From Promethearchaeia archaeon (GTDB taxonomy: Archaea > Asgardarchaeota > Lokiarchaeia > Sigyniarchaeales > SOKP01), in the NCBI GenBank assembly GCA_029856045.1, contig JAHQWG010000028.1:192001-256000 (forward strand): a stretch of 64,000 bases of DNA. Reading direction: 5' to 3'. The notes under the pieces are model-generated. The model ran no database searches, was not told the origin of the DNA, and saw only the letters and a program-made list of their open reading frames with translations. Shown here piece by piece: positions 59,674 through 64,000 of the stretch. The position numbers were made by a program, and so were the translations under genes. Positions within the stretch are counted from its first letter, which is position 1. Every line of letters starts with the position of its first letter.

Positions 59674-61212
59674 TTAGGTTTTTACTTTTATTTCTTGTTC
59701 AATTACTTTCGCTGGTGATTGCCGTATTTTTAAATCTTTATACATATTATTTTCTTTTAATTGAAGACTAATTATATCTTCAGAGATCCCCATAGAACGA
59801 AGCATTTGGTAACCATTTCTTATTACTGCTTTAATGAATCTAGGGACTTGGGGAAGCATCCAATTGAATTTGGAAAAGGGGTTAATATAACGTTTTGCTA
59901 CCATTTTGAGCCAATCTCTGCCCATATAATAATCAGCATAAGCTTCTCCCACTAACCCATACATCTCGTGATTACTTAATTGTTCTGTTCTCATCATAGA
60001 ATGGAAGAGATCGTAGTACTTATAGTTATTAGTTGTAATCATATTTTTACTCTTCATCTCATCGTAAAAGGGAGTGCCAGGAAAGGCGGTAATTGGTGTA
60101 AATTGTACAATAGTCAAATTAAGTGATTTTGTGAATGAAATATTTTGCCGGACCATTTCTTTGGTTTCACCTGGATAACCAATTATTACACCACCAAAAA
60201 TAGAAATACCGTGATCTTGCAGCATTTTAACAACTTTTGTTATCTTAGCAGGTGTAGTATTTATTTTACCCATAGCATCAAGACTTTGTTGATGAACAGA
60301 TTCAATGCCAAGAAATACTTGTCTCATACCTGCCTTTTGCATAAGATCAACTAACCATGGATTTTGGTAAAGTGTATCAACTCTTGATTGGCAGCTAAAA
60401 TAGAATTTATTTGGAAGCCCCGTCTGGATAATAGTATCTAAAATTTTTTTGGTACGTTTAGCATTAATAGTAAAATTATCTTCACAGAAAAAAATAAAAT
60501 TATGACCCAAATTCACATCATATATTTCTTGCATGATTCTTTTTAGGCTTTTAGTTCGATACGAGATATGGTGGATGGGATCTTTCCACATTTTAATGAT
60601 ACAACAAAATTTGCACGAGTGGGGACACCCTCTTGATGTTTCAAGTGGAGCCACTCTTGTACCTAAATAAATATACTTTTTCCATTTTAATAAATCTCTT
60701 CTGGGCATAGGAAAATTATCTAAGTTCGTTTCTAATCTGCGATCCTTATTATGAGTAACTTTTCCATTATTATTGCAATATGAAACACCATCTATTTCTT
60801 TTAATGTTACATGATTTTGGTTTCCATCAATATAATCAATTATTTCTTTAAAAGTATGCTCACCTTCACCCCGAATTGCATAGTCAACTGATTGATCTCT
60901 AGCTACATAATCCGGATCAAGTGTTGGATGATATCCGCCAATAATTGTTGTACAACCCTGTTCTTTAGCCAATTGTGCCACTTCAAGCGCATGATCGATT
61001 TGAGGTGTCATACTTGTAATCGCAACAACATCATAACGGTTTAATTCGCGTTGAAATCGTTTTTCGTAATATTTTTCAATTTTAAAATCAAATAATTTTG
61101 CATCATGATCGGGAACCATAGCTGCGATTGAAATAAGACTCAATGGTGCGCCTTTAATAATTGCATCAAGCCCAGACTCGAGTCGAGCCGGATTAACATA
61201 AAGAATTTTCAT
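59674..61212 (-). CDS. B12-binding radical SAM enzyme
   Basis: N-terminal B12-like domain (IIGGYHPT, RGEGE), ETSRGCPHSCKFC, FLGIES, IIGYPGET, FPGTPFY. Confidence 0.92.
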   Translation of the reverse strand: MKILYVNPARLESGLDAIIKGAPLSLISIAAMVPDHDAKLFDFKIEKYYEKRFQRELNRYDVVAITSMTPQIDHALEVAQLAKEQGCTTIIGGYHPTLDPDYVARDQSVDYAIRGEGEHTFKEIIDYIDGNQNHVTLKEIDGVSYCNNNGKVTHNKDRRLETNLDNFPMPRRDLLKWKKYIYLGTRVAPLETSRGCPHSCKFCCIIKMWKDPIHHISYRTKSLKRIMQEIYDVNLGHNFIFFCEDNFTINAKRTKKILDTIIQTGLPNKFYFSCQSRVDTLYQNPWLVDLMQKAGMRQVFLGIESVHQQSLDAMGKINTTPAKITKVVKMLQDHGISIFGGVIIGYPGETKEMVRQNISFTKSLNLTIVQFTPITAFPGTPFYDEMKSKNMITTNNYKYYDLFHSMMRTEQLSNHEMYGLVGEAYADYYMGRDWLKMVAKRYINPFSKFNWMLPQVPRFIKAVIRNGYQMLRSMGISEDIISLQLKENNMYKDLKIRQSPAKVIEQEIKVKT

Positions 61213-61390
61213 TAGTTTAATCGAATCGTTTCTTATTAAATTTTTTAATTTTTTAAAATTATTGTTGAAAATACATAGAGGATAATAATATTTAAACTTT
61301 TTGTTGGTTCTACATAGTTTTTGTTTAGCCTACATATAAAAATTAGTACAAAAAAATTAAAAAAATAAGAGGATTTGAAAAGTTCTATTC

Positions 61391-62569
61391 TCAAAATTTC
61401 AACGTCCACTCTAATTGATCGATGATTTCTATTAGATCTAAGATTTCAAATCCCATTTTAAATTTTTCATTTGCATCGCTTAAATTTGTTCTACAAAATG
61501 GGCATGTTGAAGATACAATTGATGCCCCAGTTTCTTTTGCTTCTTCTAATCTTTCCTGTGATATTTCAACAGACCAATCTGGATATCCAATTTTAACACC
61601 TCCTCCAGCACCACAACACCATGCATGATTCCGATTTCGTCTCATTTCTACAAAATCTATTCCAGGAATCTGTTTATAAACATCTCTTGGGATTTCATAT
61701 ATACCAGAATGTCTGCCTAAATGACATGGATCGTGATAGGTTACAGTTTTATTGTAATTTGATTTGAATTTTAATCTACCTTTTTCTATTAATTCCTTAA
61801 GCAGTTCACAAGTATGATATAGTTTAAAATCATAATCAACACCAAATTTTTTAAAATCATTCTTTAATGTTCGGTAACACCCAGCACAGGAAGTAATTAC
61901 CTTAACTGCACCTGTTTCTTTTATCTTTTCTATATTATAATTCATAAATTCTTTTGAAATAGAAATTTGACCCGTTCTTATCATAGGAGATGTACAACAA
62001 TGTTCATCGATTAGTGTAAAATTAATATTTGCCCTTTTTAGAAAGTTTAATGTCGCATCTCTTAAGGATTGTTGGCGATAATTTGAAGTACAACCTATAA
62101 AATAGACCCATTCTGCTTTATCGGGTAAGTTATACTTTTTCTTTAGCTCCTCATTATCAGAATTGGGCTCATCATAAGGATTGAATTTTTTGATCGCTCG
62201 CTCAATTAGTTTTTCTTGGTTTTGGGCTGGACCAATATGTTTCACCGCTAACTCTCTCAAGGCTTCTATCATATCAACAATATAATCTGCATGTGGTGCT
62301 TGACATGCATCCATGCAAGCTCCACAAGTAGGGCATGCAAAAATGGCATCCTTTAAATCATCGCTCCATTCTAAATCTCCATTTAATACTCCACGTATAG
62401 TTCTTATCTTTCCAGATGCCCAAAACGATTCAAACAGGAATTTTTCGCCTGAAGGACAAGAGGGCTCAAAAGTCTTATATCCATATTTACAAGTGCTACA
62501 CTTGATACAGCGTTCAAAAGCCATTTCTAAATATTCTTTACCCATTAAGGTTTTATCTACTTCTACCAT
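61391..62569 (-). CDS. Fe-S/CCG-domain oxidoreductase subunit (GlcF/HdrD-like); likely start ATG 62569
   Basis: CIKCSTC...CP, CPTCGACMDAC, YFIGC, HCC, YHDPCHLGR, WCCGAGGG, CPFC; GGAGGTGG SD and TAATG overlap with the upstream gene. Confidence 0.88.
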   Translation of the reverse strand: MVEVDKTLMGKEYLEMAFERCIKCSTCKYGYKTFEPSCPSGEKFLFESFWASGKIRTIRGVLNGDLEWSDDLKDAIFACPTCGACMDACQAPHADYIVDMIEALRELAVKHIGPAQNQEKLIERAIKKFNPYDEPNSDNEELKKKYNLPDKAEWVYFIGCTSNYRQQSLRDATLNFLKRANINFTLIDEHCCTSPMIRTGQISISKEFMNYNIEKIKETGAVKVITSCAGCYRTLKNDFKKFGVDYDFKLYHTCELLKELIEKGRLKFKSNYNKTVTYHDPCHLGRHSGIYEIPRDVYKQIPGIDFVEMRRNRNHAWCCGAGGGVKIGYPDWSVEISQERLEEAKETGASIVSSTCPFCRTNLSDANEKFKMGFEILDLIEIIDQLEWTLKF

Positions 62570-64000
62570 TACGTGTTCCACCTCCCTGGATTGAAGATTC
62601 CATTGGGATCCATACATTTTTTTATTTTTTCAAATAAGTTTAGCCAGCCAGGGTTAATTTGGTTGCGCATCTTTTCCGTCATCCAGGCAGGCGTTTTATA
62701 AGGAATACATCCTAATTCTAAACAAGTATCAGTGATTTCTTCTAATAACTTATGAATTCTTTCCTCATCCTTAAATTTATCAAAGCGTATTATTGGTCTA
62801 AATATGGAATAATGTGAATATTTCATACTTTTCATGTAAAGGTACAATGGAATATTATATTTTTTAAAAAGTTTATCTACTTTTTTTGATAATTCTTCTA
62901 TTTTATGAGAGGGAGCATAACTACCAAACCATGTTAAACCAGAATATTCAAATAAAGATAAAACCATAGATGGTAAATCAACTAAACTACGAAGTCTTAA
63001 GTTAAATAATTTTACAAATTCATCAAAATCTATTGAATATACTCTAATACCCTCTTGTTTAATTTTCTCAATTATATTTAAATATATCTCCTTTTTTGCT
63101 TTATATTGATTCTCTGTATGAGCTGTTATTGTGGAAATCGACATCATTCTTGGTTCTTCTGGAAATCTTTTAGGTTCCGGAATTCCACAGCACATTTTGA
63201 CTATTTCAATGCTTCCAAGGGCAATATCATCAATAACCTCCGTCCTTCCAATTTCTCTACAAATTTCTCCTACATCCTCCAAATTAAAAATTACTAATGC
63301 TTCAAATTTTCGAATTGATTTCTTTGGCCATAATTGAACTGCGCATTTTGTTATTAACCCGGTCATACCTTGCCAATTAACAAATAATCCCATTAAATCG
63401 GGCATTGGATAACGACTCCACCAACTATCGGGGTCAGCTTCATCCTTTCCATAAAAACATGAACCTATCCGTGTGATATTTCCATCAACTGTAATAACTT
63501 CTAAACCGTTAATAGAATCCCCCATCGATCCTATTTTACAAGATAAATTATTCATTCCGCTTAATATAGCATTTCCTACTACACCTGCATAGGGTGGTGC
63601 AAAAGGATAATTATATCTAAGGTGCGGGTAATTTTCATCTAAATGCTTTTTTAATTGTCCAAATGTCACTCCAGGTTCTAATAGAGCATACATCATATTT
63701 TCATTTATATATAAAATTTTATTCATTTTTTTTCCGAAATCTACGATAATTCCCCCCCGTTCTGGAATTGTAAGCCCCCCAACATTATTTCCAGAGATAT
63801 AGGGAACGATAGGGATTATATTTTCATTACAATATTTAACTAATTCTACTAATTGTTCTTTATTTTCTGGGATTACAATAAAATCCGGCATATTCGGAGC
63901 GCATTCGGTCATATCGTAAGAATAAGGATATAAATCAACACTTTTACTTGATACATTCTCCTTTCCAAAAATTTCAACTAATTTTTTATAAACTTCTTCT
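62569..64000 (-). CDS. FAD-linked oxidase (GlcD/D-lactate dehydrogenase-like), 5' end beyond the window
   Basis: Frame is open to the window edge (EEVYKKLVEIFGKENVS...YSYD), PDFIVIP, EPGVTF, GMTGLIT, KCMDPNGIFNPG. Confidence 0.88.
   Translation of the reverse strand, partial: EEVYKKLVEIFGKENVSSKSVDLYPYSYDMTECAPNMPDFIVIPENKEQLVELVKYCNENIIPIVPYISGNNVGGLTIPERGGIIVDFGKKMNKILYINENMMYALLEPGVTFGQLKKHLDENYPHLRYNYPFAPPYAGVVGNAILSGMNNLSCKIGSMGDSINGLEVITVDGNITRIGSCFYGKDEADPDSWWSRYPMPDLMGLFVNWQGMTGLITKCAVQLWPKKSIRKFEALVIFNLEDVGEICREIGRTEVIDDIALGSIEIVKMCCGIPEPKRFPEEPRMMSISTITAHTENQYKAKKEIYLNIIEKIKQEGIRVYSIDFDEFVKLFNLRLRSLVDLPSMVLSLFEYSGLTWFGSYAPSHKIEELSKKVDKLFKKYNIPLYLYMKSMKYSHYSIFRPIIRFDKFKDEERIHKLLEEITDTCLELGCIPYKTPAWMTEKMRNQINPGWLNLFEKIKKCMDPNGIFNPGRWNT

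Noticed and set aside
1-64000. CRISPR arrays, rRNA genes, transposases/integrases, and the other short antisense ORFs in the track
   Set aside because: No regularly spaced repeats, rRNA-like segments or transposase/integrase motifs were seen; the short ORFs lie within well-supported genes

Overview
Very AT-rich archaeal chromosomal segment, most consistent with an Asgard archaeon (Lokiarchaeia-like): it carries a longin-like protein, three Roadblock/LC7 domains (one fused to a Rab-like GTPase) and a gelsolin-like protein. Main blocks: a ~12.7 kb HdrCBA/MvhD/Flx-like/FrhB electron-bifurcation operon; a GH38 hydrolase and an orphan adenine methyltransferase; a scarred toxin-antitoxin island; a three-gene cluster with a glutamate-cysteine-ligase-like enzyme; a tandemly duplicated corrinoid/methyltransferase/SCP2 module next to mtrH; PAS histidine kinases; two intron-containing tRNAs; and a gelsolin-Roadblock-VWA cluster. 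Top observation: the 243-aa ORF at 24526 extends upstream through a single in-frame TGA in a C-I-T-U (CxxU) motif, behind a strong SD and a GTG start, and is followed by a eukaryote-type SECIS-like hairpin. It is a candidate previously unrecognised selenoprotein. Also notable: a tRNA-Met with three introns and two genes that appear to start at ATT. All calls come from reading motifs by eye; no database searches or folding programs were run.
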